Shown in pieces: positions 49,422 to 59,176 of a stretch of DNA of 64,000 bases. The position numbers and the translations under genes are program-made. The DNA comes from Promethearchaeota archaeon (GTDB lineage: Archaea > Asgardarchaeota > Lokiarchaeia > Sigyniarchaeales > SOKP01): the NCBI GenBank assembly GCA_029838195.1, contig JALGVJ010000002.1:64001-128000 (forward strand). The letters are read 5' to 3'. A model generated the notes under the pieces. That model ran no database searches. It was given only the letters and a program-made list of their open reading frames with translations, and was not told the DNA's origin. Within the stretch, counting starts at the first letter, position 1. The number at the start of each line of letters is the position of its first letter.

Positions 49422-50381
49422 ATGACCGTTATTATTCCTAAGGAAGTATATTTTACGATTGTTGCCGCGTGTGTTCGATTTGCCAATAAGAAGATTCCGA
49501 GAGAGCGGTGGTTAGAGGAGTGTGGAATTTTCATCGGAAAAAACGTGGGGAAAAAGAAAGACCAAGATGTGGTAATTACGGCGGCTTATCCTATCATGCA
49601 TGAAACGTATGATCCAAACGCAGTGGTCGATCGATATGTATGGTCCGATGAGGATTATATCTCTACGACGATGATTGAAGATGAGGCTTTTGCGCGAAAT
49701 GAATTCGTGGTAGGATGGTGGCATTCGCATCCGGGTTTCAAGGTAATGTTATCGGGTTTTGGGGATAGAAAAACCACGCTCTCCTATCAGAGCTTGAATC
49801 CTTTAGCCATTGCCTTGGTATTCAATCATGAGCGGTTGCTTCGTCAAATAGAGCTTCCCGGTAGGCAAGGGGATCCGGTGAAGCAATTAAAAAATGATCC
49901 TGGCTTCAAGATTTTTAGGTTAGAGGATCCTAATAATGAGAAGAGCAATACTATTGAAGTGAAGTATCGAATAGAAGGGTTTGAAAGTCCGGAACAAATG
50001 GTCTTGGAGGCTCAGAAGCTCATTATAGATATCACTAACTTTTTTCCCCCGGATAATCTCGTGGAGTTTTATAGTAATTACATTAATGGACGGATCAGTA
50101 AATTAAATTCTCAATTATTGGGCACGGAGGAATATTTGAGGACATTACTTCGTAAGGGGGAGGGACATCGCGTTTCTGAGGTATTGGAGCAGCAAAAGAA
50201 GGACATTCAAAAATACGTGGCAGAAACGTTTCTTCAGATTGAAAAAATTAAGAGTTTCATGAACTATCTCGAATATAAAGAGAGGACGAGGGTAATTCCG
50301 GCGATTGAAGATATTTTGCACCTTTGGGATGAAACCATTGGCGGCTTGGATGAAAAATTAGCGGAGCTTTCCCGGATTTAA
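49422..50381 (+). CDS. MPN+/JAMM protein with helical C-terminal region (third paralog)
   Basis: 'EECGIFIG', 'VVGWWHSHPG', 'LSGFGD', 'AIALVFN', 'GFKIFRL'. Confidence 0.85.
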   Translation: MTVIIPKEVYFTIVAACVRFANKKIPRERWLEECGIFIGKNVGKKKDQDVVITAAYPIMHETYDPNAVVDRYVWSDEDYISTTMIEDEAFARNEFVVGWWHSHPGFKVMLSGFGDRKTTLSYQSLNPLAIALVFNHERLLRQIELPGRQGDPVKQLKNDPGFKIFRLEDPNNEKSNTIEVKYRIEGFESPEQMVLEAQKLIIDITNFFPPDNLVEFYSNYINGRISKLNSQLLGTEEYLRTLLRKGEGHRVSEVLEQQKKDIQKYVAETFLQIEKIKSFMNYLEYKERTRVIPAIEDILHLWDETIGGLDEKLAELSRI

Positions 50382-50627
50382 AAATTTTTTTTAAGAAAAA
50401 CATGGGATCCGTGTTTAAATTTAAATTTTTTCAGTGTAATGCATGTTTTCGCAAGTGATTAAGCGGATTTTCAAGGAAAAAGTTTACCTTTCCCTAATTT
50501 TAATAGTATTGAATCATACAAAATCTTTTTTTGCTTTCTAAGTTTTTATGGGAAAAAGGTTTAACATAAATTAATTTTCAAAAAATTGGATTAAAGAAGA
50601 TAAGCAATAACTCAATATAGCATTAAG

Positions 50628-52832
50628 ATGAAGAGGATAAATTTTCCGTTTACAGCGATAATTGGACAAGATAAAATGAAGATAGCTTTAATTTTGAACG
50701 TGCTGGATCCGTTAATTGGAGGTGTTCTTCTTACGGGGCATCAAGGAACTGGAAAATCTACTGCTGTCCGATCTTTAGTGGATATAATGCCAAAAATAGA
50801 AGTGGTGAAAGATTGTCCCTTTTCTTGTGATCCTAATTCGAATTTAGATGAGCTCTGTGATGAGTGTAGAGAGAAAAAGGAAAAGGGAATCTTGGAAACC
50901 GAATGGAGAGAAATGGAATTAGTGAATCTTCCTTTAGGATGTACTGAAGATATGGTTTGCGGCTCTCTCTCAATTGACAAGGTGCTCACGAAAGGGGTTT
51001 CGGAGCTTCATCCGGGATTATTGGCAAAAGCAAATCGAGGAATCCTTTATATAGATGAGATCAATTTGCTTCAAGATCACATAGTGGATACACTTTTAGA
51101 TTCCGCTGCTTCGGGGGTAAATATTATTGAACGAGAAGGAATTTCGGTTATTCATCCTGCCCGATTCGTTTTGGTTGGAAGTATGAACCCTGAGGAAGGT
51201 GAATTACGTCCGCAAATAGCAGATCGCTTGGGATTAGAAGTAAAAATCGTTTCTCCTCGAAATCCGAAAATTAGAGCAGAAATTACAAAGAGGGTCATTG
51301 AATTTAATGACAATCCAAAAGAATTTATCAAGCAATTCGAAAAAGAACAAAAAGATTTAAAAGAGAGAATAATCCGGGCTCGTAAAATAATCAAGGAGGT
51401 TGAAATTCCAACTGCTGTCTACGAATTAGTTTCGAAAATTGTAGATGAATTAGAGATTTATTCGCAACGTGCGGATATCACTTTCATTCGGTGTGCGCGA
51501 GCTCATGCAGCATTCAATGGAAGAAAAAAAATTAATCAAGAGGATATTAACGTTGCCATGGATTTAGTTTTTGAACACCGAATTAAATCCCTTCATTATG
51601 AAATGACCCCTCAAGAGATTGAAGCAAAAATCACCGAGGTATATGGCAAAATAAGAGAAGCCATAGAAGATTTAAACGTTTACCAACCAAATAAGGAAAC
51701 AGAAGGCCCTTTAAAGCATACAGACGAACCGCAAAAAGAATTTCAGAGACAACCCATCGATCCGGATAAAGTTGACATACCTGAAACGAGAGAACAAAAA
51801 TTACCTCCTCCAAAGTATCCCGATAAAAAAGAAAGAGAAGCTAAACCAGCAGGGGGATGGAAAGTTAAGAATATTCCGAAGTACAAGGAGGATCTAAATT
51901 TTTTCGAAAATAAGATGGACGCACTTCCTTTAATTTATAATATGGAAAAACGCATGACCTCTATATTAAATAATTTAAGGAAAGACAGGAAGATTTCTAA
52001 TTATGGAGGTAGGGGCATAGGTAGGAGAATAAAGATGGTCTCTTCCCGGAAAGGCAGATACGTTTCTTATAGAATTCCAATTAATCATCAACCGAAATCG
52101 TTAGCCTTGGACGCAACCATTCGAACATTCTTTAAAAATCAAGTCTATAATCATACGAAAATCGATTTTCCCATTAAATTCGAAGAAAACGACTTGAGAG
52201 ATAAAATCTTTGAATATCGAGCACCCTTAGCTCTATTTTTTGTATTAGATAGTTCTGCCTCCATGTATTATGTCATCAAACAGATGACGGATGTCATTCT
52301 CTCCCTCCAAAAAGAAGGGTACAGAAAGCGTGATAAAATCGCATTAATCATATTTCGAGGTAAAGATGCAATAGTTTTACAAAAACCCACCGTCTCGTTT
52401 CAAAATGCGCTGCGCAAATTAAAAAACATTAAAGGAAAATCCTACACGCCAATGGCTGCAGGTTTAAATGAATGCCTCAAGCTCATTAAAATTGAGAAAT
52501 TGAAGAACCGAAACATCATTCCGGTAATTTTTATTTGTTCTGATTGTGGAGCTAACATCTCCGTTAAATATCCGGATCTCGTAGCCCAGGTAGAATCTGA
52601 TTACACTTTAATCGTGGAAGAATTAAATGACATCGCAAAAAAAATCGCAAAACACCGCATTCATTTAATTGTATTGGAACCAAAAAAATCCCAAGCCACG
52701 AGAGCTCTTGGAGTTCATCCTTACTCTGCAGAAATGATAAAAAAGAATTTTAAAAAACACGGAGCCGATATCTATCAATTTGACAGATATAATCCCTCTT
52801 CGCTTATTTTGGAACTTAAGAAAATCTTATGA
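50628..52832 (+). CDS. ChlI/ChlD-type AAA+ ATPase fused to a vWA domain
   Basis: 'FPFTAIIGQ', Walker A 'GHQGTGKS', Walker B 'LYIDE', 'MNPEEGELRPQ', Pro-rich linker, MIDAS 'DSSASM', 'TPMA'. Confidence 0.92.
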   Translation: MKRINFPFTAIIGQDKMKIALILNVLDPLIGGVLLTGHQGTGKSTAVRSLVDIMPKIEVVKDCPFSCDPNSNLDELCDECREKKEKGILETEWREMELVNLPLGCTEDMVCGSLSIDKVLTKGVSELHPGLLAKANRGILYIDEINLLQDHIVDTLLDSAASGVNIIEREGISVIHPARFVLVGSMNPEEGELRPQIADRLGLEVKIVSPRNPKIRAEITKRVIEFNDNPKEFIKQFEKEQKDLKERIIRARKIIKEVEIPTAVYELVSKIVDELEIYSQRADITFIRCARAHAAFNGRKKINQEDINVAMDLVFEHRIKSLHYEMTPQEIEAKITEVYGKIREAIEDLNVYQPNKETEGPLKHTDEPQKEFQRQPIDPDKVDIPETREQKLPPPKYPDKKEREAKPAGGWKVKNIPKYKEDLNFFENKMDALPLIYNMEKRMTSILNNLRKDRKISNYGGRGIGRRIKMVSSRKGRYVSYRIPINHQPKSLALDATIRTFFKNQVYNHTKIDFPIKFEENDLRDKIFEYRAPLALFFVLDSSASMYYVIKQMTDVILSLQKEGYRKRDKIALIIFRGKDAIVLQKPTVSFQNALRKLKNIKGKSYTPMAAGLNECLKLIKIEKLKNRNIIPVIFICSDCGANISVKYPDLVAQVESDYTLIVEELNDIAKKIAKHRIHLIVLEPKKSQATRALGVHPYSAEMIKKNFKKHGADIYQFDRYNPSSLILELKKIL

Positions 52833-52894
52833 GGGATATTTTTTTATTATAAAACACTCATTTTTCCACGAATGGTATTTCGTAGTTCTATCTC

Positions 52895-54169
52895 ATGAAG
52901 CAAGTAAAAAAAAAATCCGTATTAGTAGTAGGATTTAATTCCCGTCCTTTAGTTTCTTCTTTAAAACAAGCAGGATATGAAATATATGTCGTAGATTTTT
53001 TTGGAGACTTAGATCTTTATCCGCTCGTAAAAGATAGTATCATTTTAACAAAAGAATTAGGTAAAAACTATTCACTTTTGAGAAAAGACTACGGTAAATT
53101 CTTAACTTCTTATACTATTGAAATGATGCTAAAATATCGGTTTATTGATTATTTAATCATAGGAAGTGGGTTAGATGATGGTTTTGAGGAAAGAGATTTA
53201 ATTCTCAATGCGATAAAAGAAAACGAATTAACTATCACGTATATTAATAATGATACCCGCGTGGTTAAAAATACCAGAAATATTATCAAACTCCATGAAA
53301 TATTAAAAAAAAATGGATTTCATGTTCCCAAAACAGTTTCCTTTATTGCATATAAAAAAAATCAAACCTCATTAGAGTATCCGCTGGTATTGAAGAAAAA
53401 AACGGGTAGTGGGGGCGTGAATGTATATAAATTTGAAAATGAACGTGAATTAAACTTCTTAATTAAAAGATTTTCAATTTCCAATGATTTTAAGCCGGAA
53501 GAATGGTTTGTTCAAGAATATTTAAAAGGAATCCCCGTGAGCTGTACAATAATCTCAAATGGAAAAGAGAGTAAAGTAGTGTCAATTAACCGCCAAATAA
53601 TTGGGTTAAATTATTTAAATCCACCTAGTGAGTTCATGTATTGTGGGAATATCGTGCCGGCGAACTTATTAAAGAGTGATGATGAAAAAATTGCTAAAAT
53701 ATCGCTCTTTTTATCAAAACATCTTGGTTTAAAGGGGATTAATGGATTTGATTTTGTTTTAAAAAATCATCAACCATATTTCATGGAGATAAATCCAAGA
53801 ATTCCCGGTTCAATCAACGCTTCCGAAGCGGCTTTAAATTTAAATTTATTAGATCTGCATCTTAAATCGTTTGATGACAATAAATGGGAAGAAATAAGTG
53901 AAATTTTTGATAAAGTCCAACCCAAGCAATTTGCAACTAAATTAATTTTCTTTTCCCCTCATGCAATATCCGAACAGAAAATAGAACAAATTAATTGCTT
54001 AAAACACCTACATGATAAGACCATTCCGGAAAAACGTGCAAATAAAGGAGAGCCTTTATGCACGATTCTTCATGTAAATAATTCATTTAATTCTTCATTT
54101 TTTGGAGCTTTAAAAATTGTTGATAAGATCTATGAGATCCTTGAAAATAGGCCCTCCTTAAAAAACTAA
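52895..54169 (+). CDS. ATP-grasp protein (COG2232-like, methanopterin/C1-associated family)
   Basis: 'DFFGDLD', 'GSGG', 'QEYLKG', 'YCGNI', 'GINGFDF', 'EINPRIPG'. Confidence 0.85.
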   Translation: MKQVKKKSVLVVGFNSRPLVSSLKQAGYEIYVVDFFGDLDLYPLVKDSIILTKELGKNYSLLRKDYGKFLTSYTIEMMLKYRFIDYLIIGSGLDDGFEERDLILNAIKENELTITYINNDTRVVKNTRNIIKLHEILKKNGFHVPKTVSFIAYKKNQTSLEYPLVLKKKTGSGGVNVYKFENERELNFLIKRFSISNDFKPEEWFVQEYLKGIPVSCTIISNGKESKVVSINRQIIGLNYLNPPSEFMYCGNIVPANLLKSDDEKIAKISLFLSKHLGLKGINGFDFVLKNHQPYFMEINPRIPGSINASEAALNLNLLDLHLKSFDDNKWEEISEIFDKVQPKQFATKLIFFSPHAISEQKIEQINCLKHLHDKTIPEKRANKGEPLCTILHVNNSFNSSFFGALKIVDKIYEILENRPSLKN

Positions 54170-54283
54170 AGATATCGCCTTAAAAAACTCGTACGGTTAT
54201 CAAATAAACAATATTGAATTTTATTCTTTTAATTTATTTTTTGAAACTTTAACAAGAGAAATCATTAAATTTAGGAAAAGAAA

Positions 54284-55027
54284 TTAGGCCTTAATTATAT
54301 TTTTGATTCGAACAATGTAACTTCCTAATTTTTCTTTTGCAGGAACAGCAATACATAAAAGCCTTCTCTCGTCAATACTATGGATGATAATTGACCCTTG
54401 TTCTCCGGAAATAATTGAATATTCCAGATCTTTAGTTTGTAATAAAATGTCAGACAAATTAAAAAGGGCTGAAACCATCGCCGAAATCATCGGTTCTGGC
54501 ATGGCACTCTGAATTCTTATGGGAAGTCCATCTCGAGTCATGATAGCAATAAAACTAAGATCAGGGATGGCTCGCTTTAAAGCTTTAAAAATTTCTTCTT
54601 TAATTAATTCGGAGGTTTCGATATAAGCAGAAATCTGTAAAGCAAAATTTTCTAAACGCTTCACGTACAGATCAAGCCCTTCTAACTCAGCCAATTCACG
54701 ATTCAAATACGCAACAAGGGTGATATTTTCCGTTAAATAGCTGAGAATTATGCGTTCTTTTCCGGTAATGATATCATGAGAAATTTTTTGATTTAAGGAA
54801 TCTCTGATTAATTTCGAAGAGAGAAAAAGCAAACTGCTTGTTGCGGCTGAAATTTCATCTTCTCTTAATTTCGGGGAATATTGTTCTTTAAAATGACTCG
54901 CAATTGGAGAACCACCTTGCGTGCCGATGTTAATACCTAATAAAGCAGAGTTTTCAGATAATTCTTTTTTAATTAAATTTTCAATCTCTAGATTAATCTG
55001 TTCAAAATTTTCCTTATCAATCTCCAT
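54284..55027 (-). CDS. Tandem (double) roadblock/LC7 domain protein
   Basis: Two units: 'GTQGGSPIAS...ISAATSSL' and 'MTRDGLPI...ISAMVSAL...IISGEQGSII'. Confidence 0.8.
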   Translation of the reverse strand: MEIDKENFEQINLEIENLIKKELSENSALLGINIGTQGGSPIASHFKEQYSPKLREDEISAATSSLLFLSSKLIRDSLNQKISHDIITGKERIILSYLTENITLVAYLNRELAELEGLDLYVKRLENFALQISAYIETSELIKEEIFKALKRAIPDLSFIAIMTRDGLPIRIQSAMPEPMISAMVSALFNLSDILLQTKDLEYSIISGEQGSIIIHSIDERRLLCIAVPAKEKLGSYIVRIKNIIKA

Positions 55028-55146
55028 ATAAAGAAAAAAATAAATTCGGATATTTATATATATTCAAATCCAAAAAAATTCTATTGAATCATGAGTTAAA
55101 AATACTTATAAAATTTATTTTAATTTCCTTTTCTTTTCGAACTAAA

Positions 55147-56250
55147 ATGATGGTAATTGTTTTAGCAGCAGGATTAGCTACAAGACTCCGTCCACTTTCG
55201 AATCGAATACCAAAACCTTTAATTGATATTTCCGGAAAACCTCTCATAACTCGAATTATTCATGCGTTTAAAAATGCCGGTTTGAAGGATTTTTTAATTT
55301 TAACGGGTTATAAAGCTAATTTAATAAAAAATGAAATAAAGAAAATTAAAGGAATTAATACTTTTTACGCGAATCAAGAAAAACAAGCAGGAATGGCGGA
55401 TGCTTTATTATTATGTCTTGAGTATTTAAAGGAAAAAAATGGCTATCTTTCAGATTTTTTTCTTACAGCTTCGGATATTCTATTTTCTCCAAACGTTATC
55501 CAATTGATGCAAGAATGCCATGTTTCGACGAATTCTGATGGAATCCTTACACTGATGGAATCAAAAAATGAATTCATAGCACGATCTCATGGAAATGTTA
55601 AATTATCAGGTATAAATGTTATTAAAATCGGAAATTATTCCCAAATTCTATGGAATGTAGCAGATATTATAGAAAAACCTGAACCTCACCAAATTTTAAG
55701 TGATCTGTACTCTTTACCTCTTTATATATTTACACCCGGTATTTATGAACCATTAAAAAAAGTAAAACCTTCGCTTCGAGGGGAAAAAGAGCTCCAAGAC
55801 GCCATTAAACTAATGATTAGAGATAATGCAAGAATTTTTGGTTTAAAAATAATAGAAGAACTCATCACGCCAGAGAATATTGGAAAATATCATCTCACCT
55901 ACTTGCGAGATATCCAACAAATGAATTTTCAATTCCTTTCAAATATTTTTGTTAAAACTAAAAGGAAAAATTTACCTAAGATTCAGAAACCCGCATTAAT
56001 CGAAGAAAAAGTAAAAATCGGGGAAAATGTATCTTTAGGCCCAAATGTCATTGTAAAAAAAGGAGCGGTAATACAAAATAATTGTAAGATTTCTAATTCT
56101 ATTTTATATGAAAGGAGCAAGATAAATCCATCATGTGAGATAAATGGTTGCATAATAGATGAGAAAATAAAGATTCCTCCTAATCTACACGTGAATAACA
56201 AGTTTTTATACATGGATGAAGAGGGAAATTTAAAAAGCAAGGATTTATGA
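55147..56250 (+). CDS. NDP-sugar pyrophosphorylase / nucleotidyltransferase
   Basis: 'VLAAGLATRLRPLSNRIPKPL', 'IIEKP', 'SLRGEKELQDA', C-terminal hexapeptide-like repeats; start set at 55147. Confidence 0.88.
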   Translation: MMVIVLAAGLATRLRPLSNRIPKPLIDISGKPLITRIIHAFKNAGLKDFLILTGYKANLIKNEIKKIKGINTFYANQEKQAGMADALLLCLEYLKEKNGYLSDFFLTASDILFSPNVIQLMQECHVSTNSDGILTLMESKNEFIARSHGNVKLSGINVIKIGNYSQILWNVADIIEKPEPHQILSDLYSLPLYIFTPGIYEPLKKVKPSLRGEKELQDAIKLMIRDNARIFGLKIIEELITPENIGKYHLTYLRDIQQMNFQFLSNIFVKTKRKNLPKIQKPALIEEKVKIGENVSLGPNVIVKKGAVIQNNCKISNSILYERSKINPSCEINGCIIDEKIKIPPNLHVNNKFLYMDEEGNLKSKDL

Positions 56251-56391
56251 AAATATTAAATGTTAATCAAAAGGTTTTAATCTAGTCTATATTTTTTAAT
56301 CATGAGCGATATAATCATTATAAGATTTTTTTCAAATTATCATCAAATTTATTATAAAAAATTTAAAAAAAGTGAAAGATCTAGAGAAATA

Positions 56392-57225
56392 ATGGAAGAT
56401 TTAAAAATTCAAATTGAACTCAAGGATAAAATGATTAAAACACTTCAAGACTCCATTAAATTAAAAGAAGATCAAATTGCAACGTTAATGGATTCCTTAT
56501 CGTTAAAAGATAAACAATTGGAATCGTTGCAAGCCTCCTTGGAAAAAAAAGATGAAAAAATAAAAGCTTTAGAAGAAACGTTAGAAATAAAAAAAGAAGA
56601 ATTAAAAAAGCTAAGTTCTGCTACTATTATTGACGATGCTGTACTTAATGAAAAAGATGAATTAATAGAAGAGTTAAATAATAAAATTGAAATCTTAAAT
56701 CAAGAATTAGAAAAATCTGATGAAGAAATAGAAAAGTTGAAACTAGCAAATCAACTGTTAAAAGAAAACAAAAAGGAGAGCGCTTCATCAACTTCTCAAA
56801 TCATTAATTATACTCATTATGAGTTGTCCCGCGATGATATTCTTTCTTACATGAAAAAGATTTTAGATCAAGCACTTCATAAGGTAATCATCACGACTCC
56901 AACCATAACTGATCTACAAGAACTCTATTTATATGAGATTAAATCTTCAGTTAGCATGAGCATTTCTTGTTTCATTGATCAAAGTAATCCCGACGATATG
57001 GAACTTTTAGAAGAATTTGAACACTTCGATAATATCAATATCAGACATTTCGAAGAAAAAGATCGCTACATGATGTTAAAAGACGGAGAAGAATTACTCT
57101 TGGGTATAATCGGAGAAAATAATTCTAATATTCTCATTTTTCACACGTTAGATCCAAAACACGTGAAAACCCTTAATTCCCTTGCTATTGATAGCTGGGT
57201 ACGCAGTAAAAAAATTGTATTTTAG
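56392..57225 (+). CDS. Coiled-coil protein with C-terminal PLD-like/TrmB-effector-like domain
   Basis: 14-residue periodic 'KDxxIxxLxxSL' coil, then 'ALHKVIITTP...INIR...MMLKDGEELLL'; start set at MEDLK. Confidence 0.6.
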   Translation: MEDLKIQIELKDKMIKTLQDSIKLKEDQIATLMDSLSLKDKQLESLQASLEKKDEKIKALEETLEIKKEELKKLSSATIIDDAVLNEKDELIEELNNKIEILNQELEKSDEEIEKLKLANQLLKENKKESASSTSQIINYTHYELSRDDILSYMKKILDQALHKVIITTPTITDLQELYLYEIKSSVSMSISCFIDQSNPDDMELLEEFEHFDNINIRHFEEKDRYMMLKDGEELLLGIIGENNSNILIFHTLDPKHVKTLNSLAIDSWVRSKKIVF

Positions 57226-57298
57226 CTTCTTATTGGAGGGAAATCTTTCAATTCCCTCGATGGCTTGTTATTTATTAATCTTTGCAATTATAAGAAGC
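57225..57298. terminator. Nested inverted repeats between convergent genes (possible terminator hairpin)
   Basis: GAGGGAA (57236-42)/TTCCCTC (57252-58) nested within GCTTCTTAT (57225-33)/ATAAGAAGC (57290-98). Confidence 0.3.
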
Positions 57299-57352
57299 AA
57301 AAAAAGAAAAACCATATAATTCCTATATTTTAAAAGATTAAGTGTCCAATTA

Positions 57353-58192
57353 TTATAATTCAATAAATGTCCTCTTCCTTTCGTGAAAATGAGCTAATTG
57401 TGTATATCCTATCTCCATAACGATTTTTCTTAACTCATTAAATCTATAACCGACCTCTGCAGGATCGTGAGAATCCGAGCCAAATATTATGGGAATGTCA
57501 AGCTCATGCATGATTTCAATATATTCTCGAGAGGGATACGGCTCTTTTACCTCTTTTCTAAATCCTCCTGAATTTATTTCTATGACTTTATCCTTTTTCT
57601 TAATTATCTCTAAAAGTTCTATTGCTTTTTCTTTTATTTTTTCCTTGTCGTAAGGGTGTTTATTAAACTTTTTAGGTAAATCAAAATGGGCAATAATATC
57701 AAAATCAAAGTTTTTTGAGAGGAGCATTTTTTTCATTTTGTTGAAATATTCCATGTAAACGGTATCATTCCCATAAAATTCATATTTATGCATGTATCTG
57801 GTATCATCTAAACACCAGATTCCTTCTTTTGGTTCTAAAAAATGGATGGAGCCTAAGATATAATCTAGTTCTTTTTTCCATTTTGAAAGATAACGATTCA
57901 ATAAAGATTCTTGCCCCTCAAAATAATCAATTTCAAACCCGATTCTAATTTGAATTTCCTCGTGAAATTCTTGTTTTAACTTTTTAGCATCTGAAATGTA
58001 ATCTGAAATTTCTTCCAATGTCATACTATATTCTTTGTAAGGAATATCTTTTAACTGATAAATTTCATAAGGAAAGTGGTCACTAAACCCAATGGTGTCA
58101 ATCTTTTTAGAAACAGCAGCTTTTACGTATTTTCTTAAAGGACCTACCGCATGTCGGCATAAATAATTATGAGTGTGCCAATCTTCAATCAA
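57353..58192 (-). CDS. hisJ: Histidinol-phosphatase, PHP family (HisJ/HisK)
   Basis: 'DWHTH...HA', 'GFSDH', 'GFEID', 'GSIH', 'AHFD', 'EINS', 'GSDSH'. Confidence 0.88.
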   Translation of the reverse strand: MIEDWHTHNYLCRHAVGPLRKYVKAAVSKKIDTIGFSDHFPYEIYQLKDIPYKEYSMTLEEISDYISDAKKLKQEFHEEIQIRIGFEIDYFEGQESLLNRYLSKWKKELDYILGSIHFLEPKEGIWCLDDTRYMHKYEFYGNDTVYMEYFNKMKKMLLSKNFDFDIIAHFDLPKKFNKHPYDKEKIKEKAIELLEIIKKKDKVIEINSGGFRKEVKEPYPSREYIEIMHELDIPIIFGSDSHDPAEVGYRFNELRKIVMEIGYTQLAHFHERKRTFIEL

Positions 58193-58322
58193 GATTTTTA
58201 AAACCCGTGTATTTATTATAAAAAAGTTAAGAAAAAATGCTTTTAATGACTATCAGTTAATGCATACCATTAATAGAAAGCAAAAAAGTTTATGATCAGT
58301 ATTGAAAAATAGGGGAATTTAA

Positions 58323-59120
58323 ATGGAATTTAGTGAAAAGCAATTTGATGGACCTTATGAGGTCATTGGGATTGAAATAAATATTGAAGGAGAAATGCTT
58401 CGAGGAGTCTTATACTTGCCTCCCTCACCTTATGAAAAACCTCATCCTATCATCATTTATTTTCATGGTTTTCCTCAATTAACACCTTTTCAAGATATTG
58501 CTAAAGAATATAGTTTTCTCCTTAATATGGGATATGTACTTTTAATTTTTAATTTTAGAGGCTACCAAATTAGTGATGGAAAAGTTTCCCTTAAATCCCA
58601 GCTGCAAGATGCTTTTCATGTTTTAATTTTCACCAACAAATTGGCAGAGGAATCTTTAATTCAAAAAGAAAACATAAATATTATTGCCCATGATTTAGGA
58701 GGTTTTATAGCTTGCATCTGTTGTAAGGAGCGTCCTATAAATAAATTGTTATTGTTAAATCCAATTTTAAATTTAAGTCGACACGTACATGATGAAAGAT
58801 TTAAAGATTCCTTGAAATACATTAATCATTTTTTACCAGGACATGTAAGAGGGATAGAGGATGTTGAATATTTCGTTAAAATGACGAAAGAAGAACTTTC
58901 TGATCTGCAATTTAAATTTGACACGTTGCGAGTAAATGAATTTTTAATAATTCTTGGAGATAATGACAAGATTACTCCGCTTTCAGAAGTAAATGCAGTT
59001 TTTCACGAAATCAATCAAAAATTTAAATTAATTACCATTCCAAATATGGATCATGAGTGTCTAAATGATGAAGAATTAGAACAAATGAAAAAAGAAATTA
59101 AAAAATTTTTTACAAGTTAA
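58323..59120 (+). CDS. Alpha/beta hydrolase with atypical nucleophile elbow (AHDLGG)
   Basis: 'HGF', 'FNFRG..SDG', 'IIAHDLGG', 'GDNDKI', 'MDH'. Confidence 0.8.
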   Translation: MEFSEKQFDGPYEVIGIEINIEGEMLRGVLYLPPSPYEKPHPIIIYFHGFPQLTPFQDIAKEYSFLLNMGYVLLIFNFRGYQISDGKVSLKSQLQDAFHVLIFTNKLAEESLIQKENINIIAHDLGGFIACICCKERPINKLLLLNPILNLSRHVHDERFKDSLKYINHFLPGHVRGIEDVEYFVKMTKEELSDLQFKFDTLRVNEFLIILGDNDKITPLSEVNAVFHEINQKFKLITIPNMDHECLNDEELEQMKKEIKKFFTS

Positions 59121-59176
59121 ACACGTTCATGAATAAATGTGGAAATTAGACTTTTAAATGATTTTAGCTTAAGCAC

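Noticed and set aside
50628-52832. Magnesium chelatase implying chlorophyll synthesis, or a proteasomal Rpt/Rpn10 equivalent
   Set aside because: ChlI/D-like AAA+-vWA proteins are widespread in non-phototrophic archaea, no ChlH/CobN gene is in the window, and this AAA+ clade is distinct from proteasomal ATPases
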